64,000 nt of DNA from Eledone cirrhosa (taxonomy: Eukaryota), in contig OZ024742.1 in NCBI GenBank assembly GCA_964016885.1, positions 55,676,001 to 55,740,000 of the forward strand. Reading direction: 5' to 3'. This document shows positions 27,206 through 40,394 of the stretch, one piece after another. The position numbers were made by a program, and so were the translations under genes. Within the stretch, counting starts at the first letter, position 1. Every line of letters starts with the position of its first letter. A model generated the notes under the pieces. It was not told where the DNA came from. It ran no database searches and was given only the letters and a program-made list of their open reading frames with translations.

Positions 27206-28025
27206 TGTATAAATTGAGTTAGGGACTCAAATTAGTCTCTTACAACAAAATAGCTCTAAGAAAGAGATATTTCTGAGCCGTATATTATAATAGAATATAA
27301 AAGAAAAGTGAACACAGATATATACATATATGTGTTCAAATTGTAAGGGACCAGATTCGCTAAGGTTAAAAGAATACTAACTATAGACAATTGGGTTCGC
27401 TTGTTCTAATTTAAGAAAAAATTAAGAAAATAAATACAAACCGGAATTGTGGTAACTACCAATCACCCAGACAACTTGTTGTTTCGCAAATTTAATTGTG
27501 AATAGAAATACTAATCGAAGCTCATCAGTGGGTGATGAATTAGTATCCTAGAAACATCTATGTATGCTATATATAAAAAATAAAACAGCGCACATGGTAT
27601 TCTAGCGCGTCTCACAAACCCACACCACTAAAACTAGCAGCCAGGTTTACTCGACATTTGAAATAGCTCAACGAATTAACGGAGCTGAATATATTAAATA
27701 TATAAATTGAGTTAGGAACTCAAAATAGTCTCTTACAACAAAATAGCTCTAAGAAAGAGATATTTCTGAGCCGTATATTATAATAGAATATAAAAGAATA
27801 GCGAACACAGATATATAGATATATGTGTTCAAATCGGTAAGGTGAAAAGAATACTAACTATAGACAATTGGGTTCGCTTGTCTCAATTTAAGAAAAAATT
27901 GAGACAAGCGAACCCAATTGTCTTTAGTCAGTATTCTTTTCACCTTAGCGAATCAGCTCCCTTACGATTTGACCACATATATCTATATATCTGTGTTCGC
28001 TTGTCTTCTATATTATATATACGGT
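27201..28025 (-). mobile_element. Composite PLE ends: direct duplication (27201-27422 and 27694-27900), inverted arm (27901-28023), three bulged hairpins and one canonical hammerhead
   Basis: Hairpins on minus at 27252-27279 and 27745-27772 (gGCTC-agaaa-tatctc-tttct-TA-GAGCt) and 27665-27686 (aGCTC-cg-ttaatt-cg-TT-GAGCt). Confidence 0.8.
27462..27536 (-). ncRNA. Canonical-core type I hammerhead ribozyme with GUC cleavage site
   Basis: atcaccca-CTGATGA-gc[32 nt]gc-GAAA-caac/aa/gttg-TC-tgggtgat; perfect 8-bp stem I. Confidence 0.9.
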
Positions 28026-28093
28026 ATTCCTGTTTTAACGACATCACAACTTTCTCCGGCTTAGCCTGTCTCCCCCCCCCCTTTCTGGAACTT

Positions 28094-28129
28094 TCCCCCG
28101 TTGATGGGCGTGAGCCCGAAATATTGGGA
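28094..28129 (+). ncRNA. Degenerate minimal hammerhead
   Basis: tccc-CCGTTGA-t-gggc/gtga/gccc-GAAA-ta-TT-ggga then ATTAAA; two core mismatches. Confidence 0.5.
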
Positions 28130-28345
28130 TTAAATCTCCACTACGGTAACCCTTCTACCTTTGTTTTGTTTTCATCTTTGTCTCTCTCAATTTTCACTTT
28201 CTCCTAATTCTCCTATCTATCATTCACTTCCTACCTCGACATTTCCCATCTGCATTGTTGTGGCTTTCTAAACTACGTATTTTACACATTTCACAATGCT
28301 TCAAGCAAACTTTAACACCCTCTTATATATATATATACATATATA

Positions 28346-28625
28346 TAATGCATCGCCCGGTCCAGGAAACGAACACACAACTTCAAGATTGTGAATCCAA
28401 TTATCTAACCACTCAGCCACACGCCTTCACACACGCACATATATATATATATGAGGTTATATACAATCTTGAAGTTGTGTGTTCGATTCTTGGACCGGGC
28501 TATGCGTTATGTCCTCGAGCAAAACACTTTATTTCACGTTGCTACTTCTACCTGGAGTTGCGACCGATAGATAGTACTAGCAATTGGAAAGACCGACGAA
28601 AACATTGTTTACTCGGTCTGATTTG
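28346..28625. mobile_element. Two head-to-head partial copies of a second tRNA-derived SINE family (28346-28430 -, 28463-28625 +)
   Basis: A-box tggctgagtgg, B-box gttcgattc, body tgtcctcgagcaaaacactttatttcacgttgct; related copy at about 42025-42200. Confidence 0.7.
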
Positions 28626-28639
28626 ACGAAAGTCGATCG

Positions 28640-28670
<31 letters not shown>

Positions 28671-28712
28671 CGTGTATGTGTGTGGGTAGGGTTGAGGTAT
28701 GTGTGTGTGAGC

Positions 28713-28743
<31 letters not shown>

Positions 28744-29133
28744 TGGTGTGTGTGGGTGTGTGGGTGTGTGTGTGTGTGCGTGTGTGTATGTGTGTGTGTG
28801 TCTATATATCAAATAATAGTAGTTAAGACGGGATTAATTTACCATACTTGTTTATTGCATGATATATATTTAAGTTATATGGTTATTCATGTGATTTCAT
28901 CAGATTCTTACGCAATAATAGGTGCAGCTATGCAATCATTGGGATATGCCGGTGGCTATGTATACCTATCTTGTTGTTATGTAGATTAGCATATATATAT
29001 ATATATATATAAATTTGAGTATGTGTTGGTTAGTTAGCAACAAAGTGCACAGGTGGGTCTGTTTACTCCGGAGTAATTTAAAAACAAGAAGTGTAAGTCA
29101 ACAGGTTAAAATTAACATCGTTCATTCATGTTC

Positions 29134-29182
29134 GCTGTTAAATATATTTCGGTGATAACCAGCTATGACCTCATCGGACAGC
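29134..29182 (-). ncRNA. Hammerhead, family A, with a U4C change
   Basis: gctgt-CCGATGA-ggtcatagc/t/ggttatcacc-GAAA-tatatt-TA-acagc. Confidence 0.7.
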
Positions 29183-29289
29183 TAGAACATGAACAGAATA
29201 AACAGAAAAACATAATGATGGAACAAAATTTACCTTTGTTATTTCGATCTTTTTATATGACTAATCCTGCAGTATGGTGTTGTTATCTT

Positions 29290-29661
29290 TGAGAAAAGAG
29301 CGGCTACTTCTCCGAATTGATAGATCAAAGCTCTGATACTATGGGCATGTCGATAGAATGTCTCAGGAAAGAATCGCTGGGCAAAATCGACCGGAAGAAG
29401 ACCCAGGGGTAGACATCGAGCAAGATAGTTGGATAACATCCATCATCTTAGCTAGTTTCGCTTGGTGATCCAGCCGGATCAGTTGGAGACAGTTGCTTCT
29501 GACAAGTCCAATGAGAAGGATTGTTTGAGAACTCTACACCCACGACGTGACCAGGATTCAGTGGGTGAAGAAGAAGAAGAAGAAGAAGAAGAAGAAGAAG
29601 AAGAAGAAGAAGAAGAAGAAGAAGAAGAAGAAGAAGAAGAAGAAGAAGAAGAAGAAGAAGA
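29290..29661 (+). mobile_element. RTE LINE 3' end with an expanded (GAA)n tail
   Basis: Matches 4135-4416 (TGRRPRGR..ARxLDNIH); ends gtgggt(gaa)~31. Confidence 0.85.
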
Positions 29662-29683
29662 TATATATGTACTATATATATAC

Positions 29684-29732
<49 letters not shown>

Positions 29733-29734
<2 letters not shown>

Positions 29735-30443
29735 AATAAGGGCGCTGCGGAGTTGCAAATGGGTTACATATGAAAAAAGTTTGTCCTTCATCAGTGATCT
29801 TCCAACTATCATAGGCATTTCATCGCTTTAAAGACCATATACGTCCGGTTGGTGCGAGCAACGGCTAAAAAAAGTCGTTGGGACACGTAAATAAAGGGGA
29901 CGCGAGGGTAAACAAACAAAATGGTGAGGCAACAGAAAGTGAGGAATAAGGAGACAAGTCCCAGATTTCTATGAATTTAAGTTCGGTGAAATCGTGAACG
30001 AGAGAATAAAGACCATCAAACCTGGTTGAAATGTGAGCAAGGAAGGAATTTTGCACAGGTCTAACGGGAGGAAGAAGGGGTCTGGTCTGCGAATTCGGTA
30101 AACATAAGTTCTGTGAAATCGTAGACGAGAGAGAAACAATTCCGACCAGCTTGGCCGAGAATGTGAGAGAAAAGAGTTACTCACAGGTCAAACGGGAAGA
30201 AAGAGGAGGAGGAGGAGAGGTAGTGACAGAGAATGAGTGAGTGAAGGGTGAGGTGAGGAAGAGGCTAACAGAGAGAGAGACTGCCACCATTTTGTTTGTT
30301 TACCCTCGCGTCCCCTTTATTTACGTGTCCCAACGACTTTTTTTAGCCGTTGCTCGCACCAACCGGAGTTATATGGTCTTTAAAGCGATGAAATGCCTAT
30401 GATAGTTGGAAGATCACTGATGAAGGACAAACTTTTTTCATAT
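29733..30443. mobile_element. Fold-back element (arms about 29768-29931 and 30282-30443) with a half or permuted hammerhead and a duplicated 128-bp spacer module
   Basis: Near-identical inverted arms between (TA)n tracts; each has TA-tggtctt...aagatca-CTGATGA-aggac. Confidence 0.85.
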
Positions 30444-30588
30444 ATATATATATAGGAAAAGATGCAGGACCTCGACGGCTGAGCTCCGACTGTTTCGACA
30501 GCTAGATCCGAACTATCGAGTATTCTGGTGCGTTATCGTCCACCTGGTATCTTACCTTTCTTATATATATATATATATATATATAGCA

Positions 30589-30661
<73 letters not shown>

Positions 30662-32254
30662 GAGTGTGTGTTTATGTGTGATCGTTCAGTTACATCACGT
30701 ATCTAAGCATCTACAAAATTTGAATAATCAGTGATATACACTCAGGAGATATTACGTGGCAGTGGAAGAGTATAAGATAACGAAATACCAACCGACCGTT
30801 ATTGTGGCGATTTCTGTCGAGACCTCTGCTGACCTCTCTCCCCGATTTGCTCTTCCCTCCAAGAAAATTGTTGAAAATGCATCAAGCCTGGTGAAGCAGC
30901 TCCGTGTACTGGAATAGCAGTTGCAGCATGCATTACTAAAGTAATATATGTGGTATTTTGTCCGCGGCGTGCAGCTCAGATACGAGTATATCATCTTGAA
31001 TTCCTGTAGTCTGCTGTTCCGTCTTCTTATTCTGCTACTTTCGCTGTTTAATTTTTCAGTTTCTTTTTCCTTTGCAAGCTTTGTATAACCCGATTGGAAT
31101 TTGTAGGATAAAATGTTAGTACTTCTAAATTTAAAAGAAAAACTAGATTACACTATATCATATTTAGAGTCAAACTATAAACAAATTTTCATGAAAATAC
31201 AGTAGATTTCAAGAAAAGGTATTTCTATATATCTCCTTCAATATGGTTAAGCATGTGCGTATACATTACAGCTTAGCTATGACATAATTCTGCCTAAACT
31301 GTGCGCGTCATTTATAAATTACGTCATATGATTGTAATCATAGCTTCGTGTAGGCGATGAAATTATCGCTAACATTACAGTTGTATGAGAAACTAGCGTA
31401 ACGCATCTCTTCTTTTTTTTTTTTTTTTTTTTTTGCAAGCTAGACTACTGCCTTTTATCAGCTTCGTGTTTAAGAACATAATAAAATGTTAATAAATATA
31501 TATATATCATCAATGTTTTTGTTTTTATCTTGAAGCCACAACCTTGTCGAATGAATCAACGCCAACGTATTTGCAACTCATAAATAAGTATAGGAAGATG
31601 AAATATATAATGAGGAACCTAACGCCATTATAATTTCGATTACCTATATTTTCACATGACTATTGGCTACAGAAGACATTATAGATAGTCGTTTTAACAC
31701 TCACTGATTGATGTAATGTGTCATATCAAGCATTAAAAAGACGAAAGTCAAATTTGTAATATTCACTTCAGAATATATATTAATATGTAAAAACTATACT
31801 TCGCAAATCTTGCATTTGTTAGGTTAACTAAATATATTCTATTCCGTAAAAGCCGAATTGGATACGAATTGCAAATTGCGGAAGTTACATAGAGAACACC
31901 TAATGCCACATTGAAACAATATGAAGTAGTTTGACTATATCTGACATTAACAAATGTGTTAACTTTGTCACTTGACCAAAACGTCGTTAAGAAATTACGC
32001 ATTGAACTCATCATTTTGTGATTAGAAAAAGGGCGATATCTGACATTCACTGAACTAATTAGTAGGAGAAAGTATCTTCTCATTAAACTATACAGTAGCA
32101 ATTGCTTGTGAAACCAAGGTCCTCTCATTAGATGTTTCGATCCTTTCAATTTGCAAAAGCAAATCCAAATCTACTTTGTTATTTAGCTACAAATATTTAT
32201 TTTGCAAAAGGAGGTATTATAAAAGCTTAACTGAATATTTTTTCGAAAGAATCG

Positions 32255-32440
32255 ATTGGTAGATTGGGAGTATCGGTGGAGGGCCGAACACCATGCTTTG
32301 ATGCATAGAGTTACAGCCCTTGCCATTCTGAGTTCAAATCCCACAGAGGTTAACTTTGCCTTTCATCTTAACGGCGTCGATGAAATAAAGTACAAGTAAT
32401 GCACTGGGATAATTGGTGGCTAAAAGTAGAAACAATTATT
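32255..32440 (+). mobile_element. tRNA-derived SINE, family 1
   Basis: B-box gagttcaaatcc and conserved body. Confidence 0.8.
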
Positions 32441-32626
32441 ATATAAATTGTTCATCCCCAGACAGAATTGAAACTTTGCACACAATATATTTCATATTTG
32501 TATCTAATTAAATATATCTGGATGTAAAGAGGTCGGTTTCGTCTCTGTTAATATCAATCAATTACAGAATATAATTCAACACTCAAAGATTTTTACAGAT
32601 AGATTAACATTATACCTTCTAATAAT

Positions 32627-32810
32627 TGTTTCTACTTTAGGCACAAGGCCAGCAATTATCCAGTGCATTACTGGTACTTTATTTTATCGACCCCGTAAGG
32701 ATGAAAGGCAAAGTCAACCTCGGCGGGATTTGAACTCAGATCTTAAAGGGACGTAACTATGCTGGAAAGCATGGCGTCCGACCCTCTACCGATACTGCCA
32801 ATCCACACAC
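32627..32810 (-). mobile_element. tRNA-derived SINE, family 1, with a perfect 20-bp target-site duplication
   Basis: acattataccttctaataat at 32607-32626 and 32811-32830. Confidence 0.92.
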
Positions 32811-33081
32811 ACATTATACCTTCTAATAATGAATTTGAAAATGAGTCCAAATTAGTGCAAATTATAAATACGTCATCATTATTTAATATCAAACATAAAG
32901 CATCCAGAAGTGTAATTACAATTTTAGAGATATTTGCATCTGTCTCAAATTTCAGAAACGTAATATATTATGAATTATCTTCAAATAATAATTAATTTTA
33001 TATAAATATAGCCATTTTGATTTTCTAACAGTTATAATAGCAATTATTCCCAAATTCATCTTAATATTATAACTCTGCTGC

Positions 33082-33298
33082 AGGGTGGTGAATTAGCAGA
33101 GTTATTAGAACGTCGGGCAAACGCTTAGTAGAACTTTTTCCGGTTTTTACATTCTGAGTTCAAATTCCGCCTAGGTCAGCTTTGCCTTTCAACTTTCCGA
33201 TGTCGATAAAATCAAATATCAGCCAAGCACTGGGGTTGATTTAACCAAATTTGCCGTACACAAAAAATTACTGGCCTGCTCCGAATTATAAATCAATA
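33082..33298 (+). mobile_element. Older SINE, family 1
   Basis: gggtggtgaattagcagag...ctgagttcaaattccgcc...ctttgcctttca...gtcgataaaat. Confidence 0.75.
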
Positions 33299-33660
33299 TA
33301 TCTCAGCTATTTTCTCACCTCATATAAATTTAGCTAGCTTGTTGAACTTTTGTAAGATGCTCAGTTTTCTTAATTATATAGTATTTATTAGCGAGTGAGG
33401 CTCACAATATTAACGCCAGGAGTGCGATTCTCGAATCAGGCTTCGCGTTGTTTCAGGTTTCTCACAGAGTCCAGCTTTATCATACATCTTATCACACTGA
33501 TTCTCCCTAAAAAATGCGTTAAGTGAGCACATATCTGTGGAATGCGCCAAACGTTAGGTTCGTAAGCTGTTCTATTCAGTGAATGAACGGGATCCCTCAT
33601 TTTCGGAAACGAGAAAGATCTAATACAGACACGCACGCACACACGCAAACACACACACAT

Positions 33661-33713
<53 letters not shown>

Positions 33714-33738
33714 TGTGTGAGTGTGTGTGTGTGTGTGC

Positions 33739-33770
<32 letters not shown>

Positions 33771-33789
33771 GTATATATATATATGATTT

Positions 33790-34245
33790 AGTTCAGTTTG
33801 TATTCTCTTGTTGTTATGATGAGGAATTATTTAAAATATCCCATGCTAAATGTAATACAATATTTCCAGTGATTATTTATCACAATTGACTATTTCTCTC
33901 TGAAGAGAGTGAGTGAGGTGTGATAGGAGAATCATATCTATTCTATACATAACCATATAAACTGTATTTTCCAACAACATTTGAATAATTCGCGGTCACA
34001 TTTCATTCGAAACATTTGTAAGAGATTAAAAACAATTATTTGATTAAAGAAGATCGGTTTTCCGTTTTTACTTTTGTCTAACTTCGCTCTGCCTTTTCTT
34101 ATACGTATTACTACTGTTCCACGGTAATATCTGTTGTTCTCCAGACTTTTATATGCATCATATAAAACATTGAGTTACTCTTGGCACTTACATTCTATAA
34201 GTCTATTTCTCTAATCTCGTTTGAGAATTGATAATATAGTTCCAA

Positions 34246-34248
<3 letters not shown>
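33790..34248 (+). mobile_element. PLE end with a hammerhead bearing a 102-nt stem II (33895-34025)
   Basis: tctct-CTGAAGA-gagtgagtg...catttcattc-GAAA-catttg-TA-agaga. The tail has ttttatatg/cat/catataaaa-ca-TT-GAGTT. Flanked by (TA)n. Confidence 0.75.
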
Positions 34249-34332
<84 letters not shown>

Positions 34333-34997
34333 GAATATTACATTAACCAGAAATGGCTTCAACGTACATTCTTAGTGTGACAAATGCATTAAAAGGTTGC
34401 GTATATAAGTCCACAGAAAAGGTAAAAGTGGACAATGCAACGCGTGGGACTCGACGTCAAAGCTATCATACTAACCATAATGTTCAAAATCAGTAACAGG
34501 CTGAACGCTACAAAAGTAGGTTATTTATTAATATTTCTGGCCGATTCACAAGATCTAAAAACGGAAAGCATTTTGTCGACGTCACTTTAGGTTAATAGTA
34601 GCACAGTCACATGGTAAGGGAAAACAGGATTGCAGAATTAATAGATTCTCGTGACATTTTTATTGTCGTGACATATTTTCTCCATTCTACTCTTAAAGGC
34701 ATGACTAAAAAAAAATTAGTTTTTCCAACCAACCAATATCGATGAATCCTTTCATTTGAATAATATTGATATCAATGTGTAATTTTTAAAATTAAATTTC
34801 GTTAAAAGTAAGTGGTATTCTCTCGAATCTTTTATCAATAAATTGATGTGATTCGAATCCAAATACTATCAGATTCGTATGATTCTCATCAACACGTCGG
34901 TGCGATTGGCCGTCTCGACGGCTGAGTAATTTTCTCGTCATCGGAAGATTTATAACGTTCTATTTAATAAGGCTCTGTTTAATTATTTGTCATGAAT

Positions 34998-35087
<90 letters not shown>

Positions 35088-35154
35088 AGAAAGTACGTCC
35101 ATAGAATCATTTATGTATATGTAACTCTCTCCCTCCCTCTCTATATATATATTA

Positions 35155-35347
35155 TTAGAAAGTGAGGTTTTTTACAAAATGAAAAAAACCGAGGTGTCCT
35201 ACATGAGTAAAAGTATAAAGAAAAAAAGATGAAATCGAAAATGCAACTGGAGTCTTATTTTTTTTAAATATATATATTTATTTGGTTCCTTACCGGTTTC
35301 GCAGTTCTTCTGCTTTTCAAAAGTACAGTTGAGATGGAGGGTCTGTG

Positions 35348-35351
<4 letters not shown>
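35155..35351 (-). mobile_element. PLE end, family D, with U3:A8 hammerhead (35288-35323)
   Basis: Near-identical to 16141-16343. Confidence 0.85.
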
Positions 35352-35383
<32 letters not shown>

Positions 35384-35387
<4 letters not shown>

Positions 35388-36960
35388 GGTCTAGTGACTC
35401 GGCGCAGGTCAGTGATTTGGTGGGCCTATATTTACTAAATGAAATCCATAAGGACCAACCATACCTCAACGGAGGTTTATACCGCGATGATGCACTACTA
35501 CTTATAGACTATAAAAAATTTAATATAGAAAGAACAAGGAAACTGTTACATAAACCTTCAAAAACTATAACTTAACCATCACCATAGGCAAAAACACTAA
35601 AAATGTTAACTTCCTTGATGCTACCCTTTACCTAGACTCTAACGTATATACACCCTACCATAAACCTAACGAAAAAGTGATCCATTTTAAACTCTATCAC
35701 TAACAGAATCTCTAATCTATCTTATAACGAAACAATATTTACCAATAATTCACAGTACTACAATCAGGCATTAGCTAAATCAGGCCATAGTAATGAGATT
35801 GAGTTCCTACCTAGAAAATCACCTAATTCCAACATTATTTTTCACAATATGGCCATATTTCTCACAATATGGCCATGAGGAATAGCGGTAGTAAGAATAA
35901 TAACCACCTCTACTCTAACACGAAGGGTAATAACAAGCCCAACTCGTACCAAAGTAGACACCAACATATAAACAGAAATACCTCAATAGATATAAAAAAC
36001 AAAAATAGATGAACTAATACTTTTTTCACACCCCCCCCCCCCCTTTTCAATCTAAACGTCTCTACCAACTTACCTAGGACCTTCTTCTCAATCCTAGAAA
36101 GAAACTACCCGTCGGGCCACAAATACCATAGGCTTTTAAATAAAAACACCATTAAAATCTCCTACTCTACCACACCTAACATAGCATACCATATAGCTAG
36201 TAGTAATAAAAGAAAAAAATTAATACTTATCTCCATCAAATTAAAACACAACAAGAGGGAAACTTTCAAAACAACATAATAACTACTAACCCTAATAGCA
36301 ATAGTAATAATAGTAGTAACAATATTGAAATAAATGACATTAGGACCAACAACCATCATAGCCCTAATGCAATACCTAGCAACCAGATTTCTACGCAGCA
36401 TAATAACCGACGAGATATAACCCAAAATAAATGTAACTGTAGATCTAATAGAACCGACCTTTTAGGTAACAAATGCTTAATCAAGGACATCATTTTCTCA
36501 TGCATGGTCAACACTATCAACTCTTCTAAAACCTATATAGGCTCCACTTCGAACTGCTTCAGGACGAGATACAACTCACACCTTCATTCTTTCAGGAAGC
36601 ACAATCTAGCCAACTCCACTTCACTATCTAGCTACATACACTATCTGAAAACTAAGAATAGATCATATACACTTCAATGTGAAGTAGTAGGTAGGGCAGC
36701 ATCGTATAAACCACCTAATAAATTGTGTAACCTCTGTCTTCTAGAGACCCATACTATAATATTTTCGAACCTTAACCACCTTAATAAAAAATCGGAGATA
36801 TTTGCATCGTGCCAGCACCGCTTCCGACACTCTTTCCAAAGCTTTAAACCTAGTATATAGCAATGTCAGTTTTGAACTCAGCACCTCCATTAGCATTTCA
36901 CCTTTAGGGATTGCATTGCACCACTGCACCACACTCTTTGATCCACCCTTTCCTCTACAC
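35384..36960 (+). mobile_element. 5'-truncated Penelope-like element: RT C-terminal half, Cys-rich linker and GIY-YIG, frameshifted
   Basis: MGSSDSAQVSDLVGLYLL; GLYRDD; VNFLD; YHKPN; YNQALAKSG; PPF..NVSTNLPRTFF; KCNCR...KCLIKDIIFSC; TYIGSTSNCFRTRYNSH; CNLCLLE...LNKKSEIFASCQH. Confidence 0.93.
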
Positions 36961-37064
36961 AATTCAGCCGACCTATAAATCTATACCCTTAATATAGTAA
37001 AATTAGATTACTTATAATTATATAGTGATGGAAATATAATTTGAATAAACTTTAAATATTAAAC

Positions 37065-37680
37065 GTAACAATGAATTATATATACATTTTCAATTAAATG
37101 TAAAAATTAATATCATTGTATATATATATAGGATTAATGTAGTAACATACGGGATTTATCTAACTTAAATGCAATATGGAACAATGAATTATGTATACAT
37201 CTATAATTAAATGTATGGATTAACATTAATAACATTGTATATAAGGGATGTGTTTATTTACTCTAGAGATATATCTACTTAACCATGCAAACAGCTATAC
37301 GGTATTACATAGCTTACCATATACTAGGTAGACAGCAATCTAGCAAAACCTCTGATATATTTTGGGAGGCTAGACTGTATCCAGGATTAAATTAATATAA
37401 ATATATAACAATTTGTATGGGAAACTCAATTATGACACTTTATAATACTTAACAGGCAACTTTATAAGGATACCTTAATGCATTAGGAGAGAGTAGACTG
37501 GGTTTAAATTATATTAAATTAAATATAAATATATATTTTCTATATTATGCCCTCAATTATAACACTATATAAGGTCCCTTAGAACAATGAGTTTAATTAT
37601 TATTATAATGAGCTAGTTACCTCCCCTTACGCATTAGCTCCCCTTACGCATAAGCTCCCGTTACTTCCATTCCCACTTCC
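37065..37680. repeat. Short diverged tandem duplications (about 113 bp and 127 bp units) and a 17-bp GC-rich repeat
   Basis: acaatgaattat at about 37068 and 37181; ctcaattat(g/a)acact at about 37425 and 37552; ctccccttacgcat(t/a)ag x2-3 at 37621-37660. Confidence 0.6.
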
Positions 37681-37699
37681 GGGTATTAAACAGTAGAAA

Positions 37700-39015
37700 A
37701 TTCTCCGAGCTATACAAATGTAGTATACGATATGATGATGTGGACAAATATAATGCAGCCCAACAAAAGGACTGCCAACAACTTCCAGGTCTGGAACACT
37801 GACGTGCCAGCGTTGTATGGGCTTCGAAAAGACCATAAAACGAGCAGTGACCCTGTCACAGGACCACCAACACAGCCAGTCTGTGGAGCTAACATTGCTA
37901 GTAACTACAGACTTTCCTACTTCCTCTCCCTGATCATACGCTCCATCATTGAAATATCCCCATGGTATGATCTCAATAAATACCAGAGTGTAATGTTCAT
38001 CGATACAACCCCTAGAGGTGAATTAGCTTACAAATTTAGAAGGGCCCTAGATAAATATAAACTCAATATTAAGATAGTATAAAGACCAGGTACCTCCATA
38101 AAAACACTTATTAGCAATACATACCCTTTTCAAAGACCTCCCTGTATAGATAAGAAATGTATAATCTGTAAACTAAGCCCCCATATTAACTGTACAACTA
38201 GAAATGTAGTATATAGCATAAGATGTACTGAAGGACAATGTAGAGATAAGAATATAGTGTACGTGGTGAGACAGCTCGTAGTATAGGGGAACGGATAAAT
38301 GAACACTGGCGAGAGCTTCAAGATAGTAAAGAATCATCTGTACTCCACCAACATGCTAAAATAGAAAATAAGGGTAAATTAGAGAACATAGAAATAAAAA
38401 TAGAATCTACACACAGAAAAGACGCAATGTTTAGACAAATCACCGAGGCAATAAACATAAATGAACTCCAACCAAAATTAAATAGAAAACATGAATGGAA
38501 CAGCAACATCACAACTTACAATTAAGGACAAAATGAAAATACACACACACATAGAACACACAACCAACCAGTAACATGTAAATAAACAAATATAACACAT
38601 ACAGACACCCGCGCAAACTAAGCACACAACACACACAAAAACAAGATGGCGTATGCCAGAACAAAGGAGAGGCACATACAGACACATGCGCAAACTAAGC
38701 ACACAACACACACAAAAACAAGATGGCGTATGACAGAACAAAGGAGAGGCACAAAAACAAAGAAAAGAATCCCCAGTCACTGAAGAGGTCACAGAATGTG
38801 TGACGAAAGAACTTTCCCAATATATGAACAATCATCTGGTTGTGGAACCAACCAACCAACCGGAAATTTATAAATTTAATTAATAATAAATTGAAGTGAA
38901 AGCAACTGTTGCGTGTGTTTCTTATTGGCAACATGACCCTCCCAAAGTATAACTATATCGGTTTCAACACGCGTTTTCAGATAAAGAATCTTGCTAAACA
39001 ATTTCAGAAACGAAA
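37700..39015 (+). mobile_element. Penelope-like element of a different clade (Naiad- or Neptune-like, tentative) with in-frame RT-core deletion, GIY-YIG, 3' UTR and degenerate hammerhead
   Basis: PALYGLRKDHK...GPPTQPVCGA (RT fingers) is fused to PWYDLNKYQSVMFIDTTPRGEL. Then CIDKKCIIC..NCTTRNVVYSIRC...Y(V)GETARSIGERINEH...RQITEAINI..PKLNRKHEW. CTGAAGA-g-gtcaca/gaatg/tgtgac-GAAA lies at 38780-38808. Confidence 0.88.
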
Positions 39016-40394
39016 TATATATATATATATATACATGAGGCTTGGAAACCATGACCAATATACGCGTAAGCTAACGTGACCTTCAGTATCTTGCTCCAAC
39101 GTAACATTGAATATTTTGATGTTATAATCGTTAGCCTCATGATTAAGTTACACTGCTTCTTCTCCTTAATAGACGACAACCAGTAAGAAGGATACTTAAT
39201 TATTTTTATGAATACATAACTGTAAGATAATGATTTTTAATATGAGTATTGTAAATTATATATCGAAAAAATGATTTGATAATTAATTTACATATAAACA
39301 GACAGGCGTATAATTAATCATTCTAAAGCAATTTGAAAGCGTAGAAAATTATTATTGGCAATTTTAAATCAGAATCATAACTAGATTTCAATTCCATCCT
39401 GTCAATTTATATTTTTAGTTTGTAATTGCACACAGTTGATCCTATAATTGCTTAATCTCTCATACTACTATAGGTTTTATATATCGAAATTAAGAGATGT
39501 GTAATTATTGTGTAACAGTCAAAATTTATATAAATTATATAGAATGTTTTGTTAAAATAAAGATACCTTCAGCTGATATAATACAAATCACGATAAAACA
39601 GCTATATTAAATTATTTGTGAAAGTGTATCGCTTAGTGGTTTGAGTGTTAAACTCGAAATCGTTAAGTGGTGAGTTAGATTTTTAGCAGCATATTGTGGC
39701 TATCAACTAGACGTTTCATTTCATTTTTCTTCAGTACACTGGTAATAATGAGTTGTATCTGATATTTAAAAGGTCACTCGTGTCATTCACAGTGTCGCGA
39801 CAACTCTCCCTATCTTTGTTAGTGATACATGTGTATGAGGAATGCTCAGCCAGTTGCGTAATAATTTCACACGCAATCAATTCTGATGTTCCCATAACTG
39901 AAACAATCCCGCCTAGAATGTTTGTCCCTTTAAAATGGTTCATGCTTTTAAAATGAATAAGAAAAAATGTGTGGAACACATGTTGGGTAATTACACGATC
40001 AGAATTCTTAAACGTGGAGTAATAAATGACTTAGCTTCTCTCACTTACAAGGACAAACATGACTTTTGTAAGGTGGATTATTTGGTTACAGTTTTAATTA
40101 AAAATTAGCAATATTTTACAAAAATGCATAGAATGTAATTCTAATTAAAAATGTAAAAGTTATATAAAGCAATTTTGTTCGTAAAGCACCTGCTTTTGAA
40201 TTATTTTCCAATATACATGAAATGTTCATACAAGTATTTTTGAAATTTCAAATATTAACGTGTTCTATTCTAATTTCCAATTTCAGAAGAATAAAATGTG
40301 ATTATAAAAGGAAAAAATAAAGTTTAGGTAAAAAAACATTTATATATAGAAGATCTTCACCGAAACGAATACTCCTCTTGGACAATATATATAT

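Noticed and set aside
38510-38790. Possible SECIS element or selenocysteine recoding in the Naiad-like PLE
   Set aside because: No in-frame TGA in the readable GIY-YIG region, and the ATGA...GA candidate lacks a pairing helix.
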